Source: Geotalea daltonii FRC-32
Lineage (GTDB): Bacteria; Desulfobacterota; Desulfuromonadia; Geobacterales; Geobacteraceae
Direction of reading: 5' to 3'
DNA length: 32,000 nt
Assembly (NCBI RefSeq): GCF_000022265.1
Contig: NC_011979.1
Coordinates: 3,420,001-3,452,000 of the forward strand
Shown here: piece after piece, positions 17,109-25,070 of the stretch
Layout of the letters: every line of letters starts with the position of its first letter
Numbering within the stretch: the stretch's first letter is position 1
Notes under the pieces: generated by a model
The model's database searches: none
What the model was told of the DNA's origin: nothing
Seen by the model: the letters and a program-made list of their open reading frames with translations, nothing else
Made by a program: the position numbers and the translations under genes

Positions 17109-17756
17109 TCAAATAATTATCTCATCAGACAGCTCATTTATTTCAGCCCCGGGAGCACGGGGGAAATGTTTGGCCAATTCTTCGCCGCAGGACTGAATTA
17201 TCGCACAAAGGGATTCACATGCCTTTCCCTGCCTGATGCCAATGGCCAACTCTGCCGCCAGGCTCTGCCAGGATTCGGGTCTGATTTTCTCGTTAATACC
17301 ACGGTCACCCAAGATCCAAACCTTGTGCTCCAGCAGGGAAATGAAAATGAGGACTCCCGTTTCCTGCTTGGTGCGATAAAGCCCCTTCTCATAAAAGGCT
17401 TTCACTGCCCTGTCGCGGACCGCTTCATTCAGCCTTTTCCTTTCGACAAAGAAAATTTTCAAACGGGGAAATATCTTGAGGATCTGGTAACAGGGCAGCA
17501 TCAGCACAAGCACCAGCGGGATATACGACCATATGGTCACATGCTGAATTGTTATGGAGACAAGGAGGGCGACAAACCCTGAAATGAACAGAACCCCCAG
17601 CAAAAGTGCCTCCCGATAACTGTCGCTTTCCTCAACGACCATGGTGGCAATCTCCCCGAAAGTCCCTTCTTCGGCTTGGGCGACCGCATGCCTGATTTTC
17701 TCCATTTCTTCGTCACTGAGAAAGCTTTTCTTTGGACTCATTGGCACCCGCTCCAT
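17109..17756 (-). CDS. TPM-domain membrane protein (COG3762-like), third member of the LemA/TPM/TPM triad
   Basis: 215-aa ORF with two central TM helices (LLLGVLFISGFVALLVSITI and IWSYIPLVLVLMLPCY). The motifs GVLIFISLLEHKVWILGDRGI and SWQSLAAELAIGIRQGK are typical of the TPM phosphatase-like fold. It sits immediately downstream of a YgcG-like TPM gene. An alternative start exists at Met6 (17741). Confidence 0.65.
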   Translation of the reverse strand: MERVPMSPKKSFLSDEEMEKIRHAVAQAEEGTFGEIATMVVEESDSYREALLLGVLFISGFVALLVSITIQHVTIWSYIPLVLVLMLPCYQILKIFPRLKIFFVERKRLNEAVRDRAVKAFYEKGLYRTKQETGVLIFISLLEHKVWILGDRGINEKIRPESWQSLAAELAIGIRQGKACESLCAIIQSCGEELAKHFPRAPGAEINELSDEIII

Positions 17757-17768
17757 GTAATTTCCGTA

Positions 17769-18632
17769 CTACCAGTCTCCCGATGCCCCGCCGCCGCCAA
17801 AACCACCCCCCCCGCCGGAAAATCCACCGCCGCCACCAAAGGAACCGCCGCCAAATCCGCCACCGAATCCCCCCCCGAACGGACCGCCGAAAAAGCCGCC
17901 ACCGCTGCCGAAAAGCAGGGGAATGAGCAAGCCCAGGACAAAGCCGGCCATGGCCAATCCCAGAAGCAACAGCAATGAAATGCCCGAAAAGGAGAGAAAG
18001 GCGATGAGGGGCACACCGACCGCACCGGCCAGGCCGCCAAGAACCCTGGAAATCGAGCCTAAAAACAGGGCAGCAAGGCCGACAAAAATAACCAGGGTAA
18101 AGATGGGATTGGCACTTTTCCGGCCATGGCGCATACCGGTGGCGGGAGCCTTGTACTCTCCCCTTACCACGGCCATGATCGCCGCGACCCCGCTGGCAAC
18201 ACCGCCGTCAAAATCCCCCTGCTTGAACTTGGGGGAGATCTCGTTGCGGATGATCCGCCCGGATACCAGGTCCGTCAGTTTGCCCTCCAGCCCCCTGCCC
18301 ACCTCGATCCTGATTTTGCGCTCGTTCTTGGCGATGAGGAGAATAGCGCCGTTGTCGATCTTTTTCTGACCAATCTTCCATGCCTCGGCAACCTTGATGG
18401 AAAACTCTTCCAGGTTTTCATCGGCAAGGGAATCTATGGCCACAACCACGATCTGGGTGGAGTCGGTCCGTTCGAACTCGGCCAACTGCTGTTCAAGGTA
18501 CTCAGCTGCTGAAGGGGAAAGGAGCGCTGCGTAGTCATTCACATGACCACGCAGGGGAGGCACTTCCAGAGCATGGGCAAAGAGGCTCGAGAACTGGAGC
18601 AACAAAAGAATGAGGATGATTTTTTTCGTCAT
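17769..18632 (-). CDS. TPM-domain protein (YgcG-like) with signal peptide, C-terminal TM segments and a Gly-rich tail
   Basis: The ORF track gives 17769-18662 from a GTG. I prefer the ATG at 18632, which yields the signal peptide MTKKIILILLLLQFSSLFAHA. The TPM core is VNDYAALLSPSAAEYLEQQLAEFERTDSTQIVVVAIDSL...GAILLIAKNERKIRIEVGRGLEG. The tail is GGGFGGGFGGGSFGGGGGFSGGGGGFGGGG. Confidence 0.8.
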   Translation of the reverse strand: MTKKIILILLLLQFSSLFAHALEVPPLRGHVNDYAALLSPSAAEYLEQQLAEFERTDSTQIVVVAIDSLADENLEEFSIKVAEAWKIGQKKIDNGAILLIAKNERKIRIEVGRGLEGKLTDLVSGRIIRNEISPKFKQGDFDGGVASGVAAIMAVVRGEYKAPATGMRHGRKSANPIFTLVIFVGLAALFLGSISRVLGGLAGAVGVPLIAFLSFSGISLLLLLGLAMAGFVLGLLIPLLFGSGGGFFGGPFGGGFGGGFGGGSFGGGGGFSGGGGGFGGGGASGDW

Positions 18633-18756
18633 CTGCCGGATCTCCAGCCCTGCTTTAACCACTTATGGGACTATGCTTCTTTATGGGTTGAGCCCTTCTT
18701 CCTAAGGGAGAAGGTAGCCCGCCCTCACCCAATCCCTCTCCCTGGGGGAAAGGGCG

Positions 18757-19341
18757 TTAGAATTTGATTTTCGGCGCCTGCTTGGCCCCCTCCTCCGCCT
18801 TGAACGGTTCCTTGCGCGACAGATGCAGCAACAGGGAATTGGTCAGAGAATTGGGGAAGGTCCTGATGCTGGTATTGAAGTCCTGTACCGCCTGGTTGTA
18901 ACGGGTTCTGGCCACATTGATGCGATTTTCGGTGCCTTCGAGCTGGTTTTGCAGATCCATGAAATTCTGGTTCGCCTTCAGGTCCGGATATTTCTCCACC
19001 ACCACCATCAGCCGCGACAGGGCACCGGAAAGCTGCCCCTGGGCCTGCTGAAAATCGCTCAGGGCTTTGGGATTGTTGACCACATCCTTGCCCACCTGCA
19101 TTGAACCCACCTTCGCCCTGGCTTCGGTAACCGCTTTGAGAGTGTCAGCTTCATGCTTTGCATACCCCTTGACTACCTCGACAAGGTTCGGGATCAGGTC
19201 GGCACGTCTTTGATAGGTAGCCTCCACATCCCCCCAGGCGGCAAGGACAGCCTCTTCTTTGGCCTGCATGGTGTTGTAGCCGCATCCACCCAGAATAGAC
19301 AGGGCAAAAACAGCAACTAAAGCGAAGAGCATTTTCTTCAT
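18757..19341 (-). CDS. lemA: LemA family protein
   Basis: The motifs [30 protein letters not shown] and [25 protein letters not shown] are typical of LemA. I trimmed the track ORF (18757-19434) to the ATG at 19341 ([21 protein letters not shown], a lipoprotein-like signal). A GGAGG lies 5 nt upstream of that ATG. Confidence 0.85.
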   Translation of the reverse strand: MKKMLFALVAVFALSILGGCGYNTMQAKEEAVLAAWGDVEATYQRRADLIPNLVEVVKGYAKHEADTLKAVTEARAKVGSMQVGKDVVNNPKALSDFQQAQGQLSGALSRLMVVVEKYPDLKANQNFMDLQNQLEGTENRINVARTRYNQAVQDFNTSIRTFPNSLTNSLLLHLSRKEPFKAEEGAKQAPKIKF

Positions 19342-19408
19342 AGTCCCTCCAACATAGGATTGAGTCCATCCGCAACTACCGGATGAAATACTATTGGTGA
19401 TTAGAAAT

Positions 19409-19687
19409 TTAAGCACAGGATTTGGATTTGTCATCCTCTTTGTAAAGAATTTTCATGACGATGAGCAGCGAATAGCAGACTATGGAAAATGCGTTGGCGG
19501 CAATAAGAGGCGTGTCACCGATGATCAGGCCGTAGATGAGCCACATGGACATGCCGACGTTCAGCAGCACCGGCTGCCAGATGGAAATGTCGCGGGCCTG
19601 GCGGGTGCGATAGGTTCTGACGACCTGGGGAATCGCTGCGGCTGTGGTGATTGCTCCGGCAAGCAAACCGAGGTAAGTGACGTTCAT
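19409..19687 (-). CDS. SemiSWEET / PQ-loop (MtN3-like) small membrane transporter
   Basis: 92-aa ORF with three predicted TM helices and the PQ motif ([13 protein letters not shown]). Its ATG overlaps the upstream trmJ stop in an ATGA overlap at 19684-19687. Confidence 0.7.
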   Translation of the reverse strand: MNVTYLGLLAGAITTAAAIPQVVRTYRTRQARDISIWQPVLLNVGMSMWLIYGLIIGDTPLIAANAFSIVCYSLLIVMKILYKEDDKSKSCA

Positions 19688-20439
19688 ATTCCTTTTCTCC
19701 CCTTGAACCCACCAGTTCCCCAGTCGATCTGGGACATCATTCCCCGCAGCACAGCCACTTCCCGTTCATCCAGCTCAGCCCTTGAATAAATCCGCCGCAG
19801 GGTGCGCATGATGTGGGCCGGATTCTCCGGGTTGAGGAAGCCGATCTTGAGCAATGTCTTTTCCATCTGCCGGTACATGGCCTCCATGGCGGCGGAATCT
19901 GCCAGCAATCTCGTATCCTGGGCAGGACTGACCTCTTGCCGCTTATGCAACTCGTAGCAGAAGATCAAGACGGCCTGGGCCAGATTAAGGGAGCCGTACT
20001 CATCGGCGGTGGGAATGGTGGATTGCCAGCGGCACAGGGCCACCTCCTCGGTTGTCAGCCCGCTGTCTTCACGGCCGAAAACCAGCGCAACCCGATGCAT
20101 GGCCGCCTGGCTCCTCACTCTTTCAGCGATTTCTTGAGGGGTCGAAATCTCCTGCCGGTATTTTCCGTGGCGCCTGGTGGTGGCAACGGAAATTTCGCAG
20201 TCGCGCAAGGCATCTTCAAGGCTGGTGAACAGCCGTGCACCATCAAGGACATCTCTGGCTGAAACGGCAAATTTGTGGGCTTCAGGATGATCAACCTGAC
20301 AGGGGTTAACCAGCCGCAGGTCGTAAAGCCCCATGTTCTTCATGGCACGGCAGACCATGCCGATGTTGCCCGGACTTTGGGTACCCACCAGAACAATACT
20401 TATTGCTGTACTTGTTTGCATATGTTCACTGTTTTCCAT
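19684..20439 (-). CDS. trmJ: SpoU-family tRNA (cytidine/uridine-2'-O)-methyltransferase, TrmJ-like
   Basis: The N-terminus ISIVLVGTQSPGNIGMVCRAMKNMGLYDLRLVNP, together with ALVFGREDSGLT and GSLNLAQAVLIFCYE, gives the SPOUT motifs. An alternative start at Met7 (20421) would remove the 14-nt overlap with dedA. Confidence 0.85.
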   Translation of the reverse strand: MENSEHMQTSTAISIVLVGTQSPGNIGMVCRAMKNMGLYDLRLVNPCQVDHPEAHKFAVSARDVLDGARLFTSLEDALRDCEISVATTRRHGKYRQEISTPQEIAERVRSQAAMHRVALVFGREDSGLTTEEVALCRWQSTIPTADEYGSLNLAQAVLIFCYELHKRQEVSPAQDTRLLADSAAMEAMYRQMEKTLLKIGFLNPENPAHIMRTLRRIYSRAELDEREVAVLRGMMSQIDWGTGGFKGRKGI

Positions 20440-21049
20440 TGTTCAGTTTCTGTTTCATCCTCTGCAGGCGCGCTCGAGCAGGTTTTTTCCGCCACCAGGC
20501 ATGGACGAAGTGGAACAGCCACATGCAGGCAATGAGCCCGAGCAGGGTCAGCATCAGGTAAGGTTCGTAGCGCTGTACATCCTCTACCAAGAGGGAGGCG
20601 CTCTTGCCGAACAGATAGCCGGCGCAGGAAAATATCGCCGCCCAGGTCAAGGCGCTGATCAGGTTCAGCCAGAGAAATCTTGAAGACGGAAGATTGGTCA
20701 TTCCCAGGATAATAGGAAGCACGATCCTGAATCCGTAGGTATAACGGGAGATAAAAGCAACGAAGTTCCCGTATTTCTCGATAAGTCTCAGAGCCTTACG
20801 GAATTTCCTGGCGATGGAGGTGAACAGCTTGAGGAGAAAGGGGCCTTTCCACCTCCCCAGATAGAAATAGAACTGGTCACCGAAAAATGAACCGGCAAAG
20901 GCGGTGAGGATGACACCGGGCAGATTGAGATACCCCTGGAAAGCGAGAAAACCCGCCATGATCAGGATCGCTTCCCCCTCAAGGAAAGTGCCGAGGAACA
21001 ATACCCAGTAGCCATGCAACTCAAGATAGTCTCTGAGAAACTGCTGCAC
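20426..21049 (-). CDS. dedA: DedA family (SNARE-associated) membrane protein
   Basis: The motifs HGYWVLFLGTFLEGEAILIMAGFLA and RYTYGFRIVLPIILGM are typical of DedA. The track ORF starts at a TTG (21127) inside a tandem repeat and translates repeat DNA (TSNFELRTSNLEPRT). I prefer the in-frame GTG at 21049, preceded by GGAGGAAA (21051-21058). Confidence 0.75.
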   Translation of the reverse strand: MQQFLRDYLELHGYWVLFLGTFLEGEAILIMAGFLAFQGYLNLPGVILTAFAGSFFGDQFYFYLGRWKGPFLLKLFTSIARKFRKALRLIEKYGNFVAFISRYTYGFRIVLPIILGMTNLPSSRFLWLNLISALTWAAIFSCAGYLFGKSASLLVEDVQRYEPYLMLTLLGLIACMWLFHFVHAWWRKKPARARLQRMKQKLNNGKQ

Positions 21050-21070
21050 GTTTCCTCCAGGCAAAAAGCA

Positions 21071-21112
21071 GGTTCGAGGTTCGAGGTTCGAAGTTCGAAG
21101 TTCGAAGTTCGA
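21071..21112. repeat. Heptanucleotide tandem repeat: (GGTTCGA)x3 then (AGTTCGA)x3
   Basis: Six perfect head-to-tail 7-mers read directly from the sequence. Each carries the TTCGA core. The array lies 22-63 nt upstream of the proposed dedA GTG start. Confidence 0.95.
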
Positions 21113-21120
21113 GGTCCTCG

Positions 21121-21155
21121 TCACCAATCACCAATCACCAATCACCAATCACCGT
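21121..21155. repeat. Heptanucleotide tandem repeat: (TCACCAA)x4 plus a degenerate fifth unit TCACCGT
   Basis: Read directly from the sequence. It starts 8 nt after the first heptamer array and ends 5 nt from the stop codon (21160-21162) of the L,D-transpeptidase gene. Confidence 0.95.
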
Positions 21156-21159
21156 TCGT

Positions 21160-21993
21160 TCACCGATACTCCGGGTTGGCGCCGATCACTTCGACCACGG
21201 GGCCGTCCTCCAGTTCCTCGGCTTCTCCCGTATCGTCTTCATAATCGTTTTCGCCGACGGCCCATTCGTAAAGCTTTTCAGAATCAAGCACAAGAGGTTC
21301 TTCCGGAATGCCGTAAACCCGATTCTGCATGCCCTCGTCCGCAAGGCCTACACAACCGTGAGAGGCAGGCTTCCCCGGCAAATCACGGGCATGGATCCAG
21401 TAGGATACGTTGTCCGGGCCAATATGGAATCGAATGGCATTATCCATGGGATACTGTGCAGTATCATCCTCGGTTTTGTAAAGGGACGAGGTATGATTAC
21501 GGTGCCGGGCATCCACCCGAAACAGTCCGGTCGGTGTTTCGTGGCCTTTCGTACCACTGGCAGCCGGCATGGAAAACTTAAGTTTACCAAATTCGTAGGC
21601 ACCCAACCACTGTTCGCCAAGGTCGATAACTATGTATTTTCTATGGCCCTTGGCAGGGGGGTACTTTGCAGGCATTGGCGTATAGCCCTTCACCGAGGCG
21701 ACATCAAGGGGTTCCTTGATGGTCATGCCCGGATAAACATGGCGGCGGTCAATCCTGTTGAAGCGTGCCACTGTCGGCCAGTCGTTGCCGTACAGGGACT
21801 CCAGAGTATCCTGCGGCCGAATGAACCGTCCACGCCAGGGAATTTTGTCCAGGCTAGGGTAGTGGATTTTCGTCAGGTCTTCCCTGGCCGGATCGTCGGG
21901 ATTGGCTCCAGGATCGGAAGTGGCGGAAGGTTTGTAACAGACAACACCAGCAACTAAAACTACGAGAGAAAAAAACAGCAATTTTCGAAACAT
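21160..21993 (-). CDS. L,D-transpeptidase (YkuD-domain) family protein
   Basis: 277-aa ORF with an N-terminal signal or anchor (MFRKLLFFSLVVLVAGVV). The YkuD catalytic motif is present: IRFHIGPDNVSYWIHARDLPGKPASHGCVGL (His...SHGC). Confidence 0.8.
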   Translation of the reverse strand: MFRKLLFFSLVVLVAGVVCYKPSATSDPGANPDDPAREDLTKIHYPSLDKIPWRGRFIRPQDTLESLYGNDWPTVARFNRIDRRHVYPGMTIKEPLDVASVKGYTPMPAKYPPAKGHRKYIVIDLGEQWLGAYEFGKLKFSMPAASGTKGHETPTGLFRVDARHRNHTSSLYKTEDDTAQYPMDNAIRFHIGPDNVSYWIHARDLPGKPASHGCVGLADEGMQNRVYGIPEEPLVLDSEKLYEWAVGENDYEDDTGEAEELEDGPVVEVIGANPEYR

Positions 21994-22090
21994 CTAAATC
22001 CTCTGCAAACAGCCTGCTGACAGGCTGCTACGACTGATAGGGGAGGGTAACTCCCCATTCATACAAAAAGTGTCACGGGAAAGCCATGAT

Positions 22091-23056
22091 TCAAGCAGAG
22101 CCGGTCCATTTGACCCTGCCGGTCTCCTCGGTCAGGACCTCCTCCACGGCGGTGTACGGGTCCTTCTCCCTGGACATCATGCCGTCGATGATCTGGCGAA
22201 AGCGGCCATTGACCTTGATGTGGGCAAAAAATTCGGAGAACAGCCGGTCTTTGAGAAGGTCCATGAACATGGAGGCGTTCCTCTCCTCCAGCAGGTGGTT
22301 AATGGCACCGGAGGAAAAGAGGAAACCCCGGTGGGCTTCCATTTCGGCGACCAGTTCATCGATACCCCGATTGCACTGGGCTTCGGTCTTGAGGACCTTT
22401 GCCTGCCACTCGCCAGGCTTCGACGGCTTCATATCCAGCATTGCGGAAAGTTCCCGGACGGTGCGATCGGCACCCTCCCGATCCCCCTTGTTAACGACGA
22501 AAACGTCTCCGATTTCCAGAATACCTGCCTTGATGGCCTGAATATCGTCGCCAAGCCCCGGCACCATGACAACGACGGTGGTATGGGCCATGCGGACGAT
22601 GTCTATTTCATCCTGGCCGACCCCCACCGTCTCGATGATGACGATGTCCATTCCCATGGCGTCCATGACGTTGACCACATTGCCGGTGGAGCGGGAAAGG
22701 CCTCCCAGGTGGCCGCGGGTGGCAAGACTGCGGATAAAGACTCCATCGTCGTCAGCATGGCGGTTCATGCGGATCCTGTCCCCCAGGATAGCTCCGCCGG
22801 TAAAGGGGCTGGTGGGGTCGATGGCGACGACTCCGACCCTCTTGCCGGCCTTGCGGTAGGCGGCGGTCAACTGGTCCACCAGGGTGGATTTGCCGGCACC
22901 GGGAGGGCCGGTAAGGCCGATGATATAGGCTCTACCCGTGTGCGGATAGAGCTTTTTCAGCTCTTCCACCGAGCTTCTGAGACCGTCGTCGATATCCCGC
23001 ATCAGCCGTGCCGCTGAACGGATATCCCCCTGAAGAATTTTTTCCGCCAATGACAT
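22091..23056 (-). CDS. meaB: Methylmalonyl-CoA mutase-associated G-protein chaperone (MeaB/ArgK family)
   Basis: P-loop GLTGPPGAGKSTLVD, plus IIETVGVGQDE and VVNKGDREGA (NKxD), and a length of ~320 aa, all fit MeaB. Confidence 0.85.
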   Translation of the reverse strand: MSLAEKILQGDIRSAARLMRDIDDGLRSSVEELKKLYPHTGRAYIIGLTGPPGAGKSTLVDQLTAAYRKAGKRVGVVAIDPTSPFTGGAILGDRIRMNRHADDDGVFIRSLATRGHLGGLSRSTGNVVNVMDAMGMDIVIIETVGVGQDEIDIVRMAHTTVVVMVPGLGDDIQAIKAGILEIGDVFVVNKGDREGADRTVRELSAMLDMKPSKPGEWQAKVLKTEAQCNRGIDELVAEMEAHRGFLFSSGAINHLLEERNASMFMDLLKDRLFSEFFAHIKVNGRFRQIIDGMMSREKDPYTAVEEVLTEETGRVKWTGSA

Positions 23057-23058
23057 TA

Positions 23059-23832
23059 TTATACTTCCTTTTCTTTGCAGCTGCCTGAGGTGTCGCGGAG
23101 AGGAAACAGGGCACTGAACAGGCCCGATTCGAGGATGCAGCCGTTTTTCAGATCGCAGTCTTCTGCGGCATTGATGGCCTTTTTTGCATAGCCAAGAGAT
23201 GGTGCGGGATTTGCGGCGATTCTTTCGGCAAAGGCAACAACCTCGGGCCAGAAGATATCAGCCGGGTGGACGCAGTTCACGTAACCCATGCGCAGGGCAT
23301 CTTCCGGGCCGTAGACATCGGAGGTCATGAAGATCTCATTGGCAAAGTTCCGCCCCAAAAGCCGCGGCAGCTTTTGAGTGCCGCAAAAGCCGGTGAGAAT
23401 GCCAAGCTTGGCACCAGGATGGGCGAATCGGAGGGCATCGCTGGCGATGCGCAGATCGCAGGCCAGGGAGAGGTCGCAGCCGCCTCCCATGGTGATGCCG
23501 TTGAGGGCGCCGATAATGGGTTTCGTGCAGGATTCCATGGCGGCAAAGAGAGATTGCCCAAGCTCGGCAAAAGCAAAGGCATGCTGGGAGTCGAACTTGA
23601 CCATCTGGCCGATGTCGGCGCCGACGGCAAAGGATTCGCCCGGATAACCGGAAAGTACGATGCATGCCGCTTCATCGGAGGCCTGAAGCTCGGCCAGGCC
23701 GTGCTTGAGCTCCTTGAGCATGTTGATGGTGAGCTTGTTGAACCTGGCACCTGAATCCATCATCATGAAACCGACCCGGTTTTTTACTTCCAGTCGCAGT
23801 TTGTTATACAAAGCCATATCCTCAAAAACCAT
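23059..23832 (-). CDS. Enoyl-CoA hydratase/isomerase (crotonase) family protein
   Basis: Crotonase signatures are present: FAVGADIGQM, KPIIGALNGITMGGGCDLSLACDLRIAS, and GILTGFCGTQKLPRLLG. Confidence 0.8.
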   Translation of the reverse strand: MVFEDMALYNKLRLEVKNRVGFMMMDSGARFNKLTINMLKELKHGLAELQASDEAACIVLSGYPGESFAVGADIGQMVKFDSQHAFAFAELGQSLFAAMESCTKPIIGALNGITMGGGCDLSLACDLRIASDALRFAHPGAKLGILTGFCGTQKLPRLLGRNFANEIFMTSDVYGPEDALRMGYVNCVHPADIFWPEVVAFAERIAANPAPSLGYAKKAINAAEDCDLKNGCILESGLFSALFPLRDTSGSCKEKEV

Positions 23833-23936
23833 AGGAGCGCCAGTACTGCAGCATGTATGACAATCCAGCTGCAGCTGCGCCCCTAAGAAAAAGCTTCTGA
23901 ACCCGAAAAGACTTTATTGCCGCTTGGAACCTCTTT

Positions 23937-24055
23937 GCCACGAATGACACGATCAACACGAATGGAAATCCTAACCAGAAACCCATGTACATTTTGATTT
24001 GAACCCAAAGATTCAGCTGTTGCCTTTATTCGTGCACAGTCGTGCTATTCGTGGC
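23937..24055. repeat. Imperfect long inverted repeat built from CACGAAT/ATTCGTG motifs in an intercistronic gap
   Basis: Left arm 23937-23964: GCCACGAATGACACGATCAACACGAATG. Right arm 24028-24055: ATTCGTGCACAGTCGTGCTATTCGTGGC. The outer 9 bp (GCCACGAAT/ATTCGTGGC) and the inner CACGA and CACGAAT blocks are complementary. The loop is ~63 nt. Confidence 0.5.
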
Positions 24056-24074
24056 TAGACAAAAGCCTTTAAAC

Positions 24075-24479
24075 CTATGCGCGGGGATGAACGTTGTTGC
24101 GCACCCAGGCAACGATGTCCTCAGTGGAGGTGCCGGGGGTGAATACCTCTCTGATGCCGGCAGATTTCAAACCTGGGATATCGTCATCGGGAATGACGCC
24201 GCCGCCGAAAACGATGATATCGTCGGCATTCTTTTCTTTGAGAAGCTGACAAACCTGGGGCAGCAGCGTGTTATGGGCGCCTGAAAGAATGGAAAGGCCC
24301 ACGCAGTCGACATCTTCCTGGATCGCAGCCGACACGATCTGCTCCGGGGTCTGGTGAAGTCCGGTGTAGATGATCTCGAAGCCGGCATCCCGGAAAGCAC
24401 GGGAAATGATCTTCGCTCCTCTATCGTGTCCGTCCAGGCCAGGCTTACCAACAAGCACCCTCAGTTTCCGTTCAGTCAT
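24075..24479 (-). CDS. Cobalamin-binding domain protein (small subunit / C-terminal domain of a methylmalonyl-CoA mutase-type enzyme)
   Basis: 134-aa ORF: [34 protein letters not shown]. It contains the DxHxxG B12-binding motif and the SILSGAH...GGVIP pattern. Confidence 0.85.
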   Translation of the reverse strand: MTERKLRVLVGKPGLDGHDRGAKIISRAFRDAGFEIIYTGLHQTPEQIVSAAIQEDVDCVGLSILSGAHNTLLPQVCQLLKEKNADDIIVFGGGVIPDDDIPGLKSAGIREVFTPGTSTEDIVAWVRNNVHPRA

Positions 24480-24536
24480 TGCATTCTCCTTTTATTCAAA
24501 AGTGGTTTATCTCATCAGGGAACTGGATAAAGCGAT

Positions 24537-25067
24537 CTATTTCTCAATGCCGATCCGGGCTGGCACCCCCGCCTTGTAATAATGCTTGATCTCCGTCATC
24601 TCGGTGACCAGATCGGCCGCCGCAATAATTTTCCCATGGGCATTCCGTCCGGTCAAGACCAGCTCGACCCGTTCCGGTCTGAGAGCGATCAGCTCCAGCA
24701 CATCGTCCACATCAATGAGGCCGAAGGATACGGCTCCATTTATCTCATCGAGAATGACCATGTCATAAATGCCCCCGGTCAAGGCATCCTTAGCCTTGAT
24801 AAGGGCCTTCCGGGCAAGGCGGACATCCTCCGGGTCTGGATTATCCCTGTTGACCCACCCTTCCCTGCCGGTTTGAATTATGGTCAGATATGGGGCGAGC
24901 TTCGGTGCTGCAAGGTGCTCGCCATAGGGCCCGCCACCTTTCATGAACTGGATCATGCAGACCATCAGTTCACGGCCTACGGCACGAAGAGCCAGTCCAA
25001 GGGCTGCCGTTGTCTTGCCCTTGCAGTTGCCAGTATAGACCTGAACGCACCCCTGTTCCAGTTTCAT
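24537..25067 (-). CDS. cobO: Cob(I)yrinic acid a,c-diamide / cob(I)alamin adenosyltransferase (CobO/BtuR type)
   Basis: The motifs QVYTGNCKGKTTAALGLALRAVG (P-loop), YDMVILDEIN, LVLTGRNA and MTEIKHYY, and a length of ~176 aa, fit CobA/CobO. Confidence 0.85.
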   Translation of the reverse strand: MKLEQGCVQVYTGNCKGKTTAALGLALRAVGRELMVCMIQFMKGGGPYGEHLAAPKLAPYLTIIQTGREGWVNRDNPDPEDVRLARKALIKAKDALTGGIYDMVILDEINGAVSFGLIDVDDVLELIALRPERVELVLTGRNAHGKIIAAADLVTEMTEIKHYYKAGVPARIGIEK

Positions 25068-25070
25068 TGG

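Noticed and set aside
19342-19434. 31-codon N-terminal extension of lemA in the ORF track
   Set aside because: The internal ATG at 19341 has GGAGG 5 nt upstream and yields a standard signal or lipoprotein N-terminus. The extension overlaps the 3' end of the SemiSWEET gene.
21050-21127. N-terminal extension of dedA from the TTG at 21127 (MVTRTSNFELRTSNLEPRT...)
   Set aside because: The extension is a literal translation of the heptamer tandem repeats. A GTG with a strong GGAGGAAA Shine-Dalgarno at 21049 gives a DedA protein of normal length.
22010-22027. Hairpin CAGCCTG-CTGA-CAGGCTG between meaB and the L,D-transpeptidase gene, as a terminator
   Set aside because: The stem is only 7 bp, and only TTTG follows it on the minus strand. 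That is not enough to call an intrinsic terminator.
22070-23017. 315-aa plus-strand ORF, plus several 60-150-aa ORFs on both strands over meaB
   Set aside because: They are antisense or out of frame relative to MeaB, which has a clear P-loop and NKxD motifs. The alternative translations are featureless.
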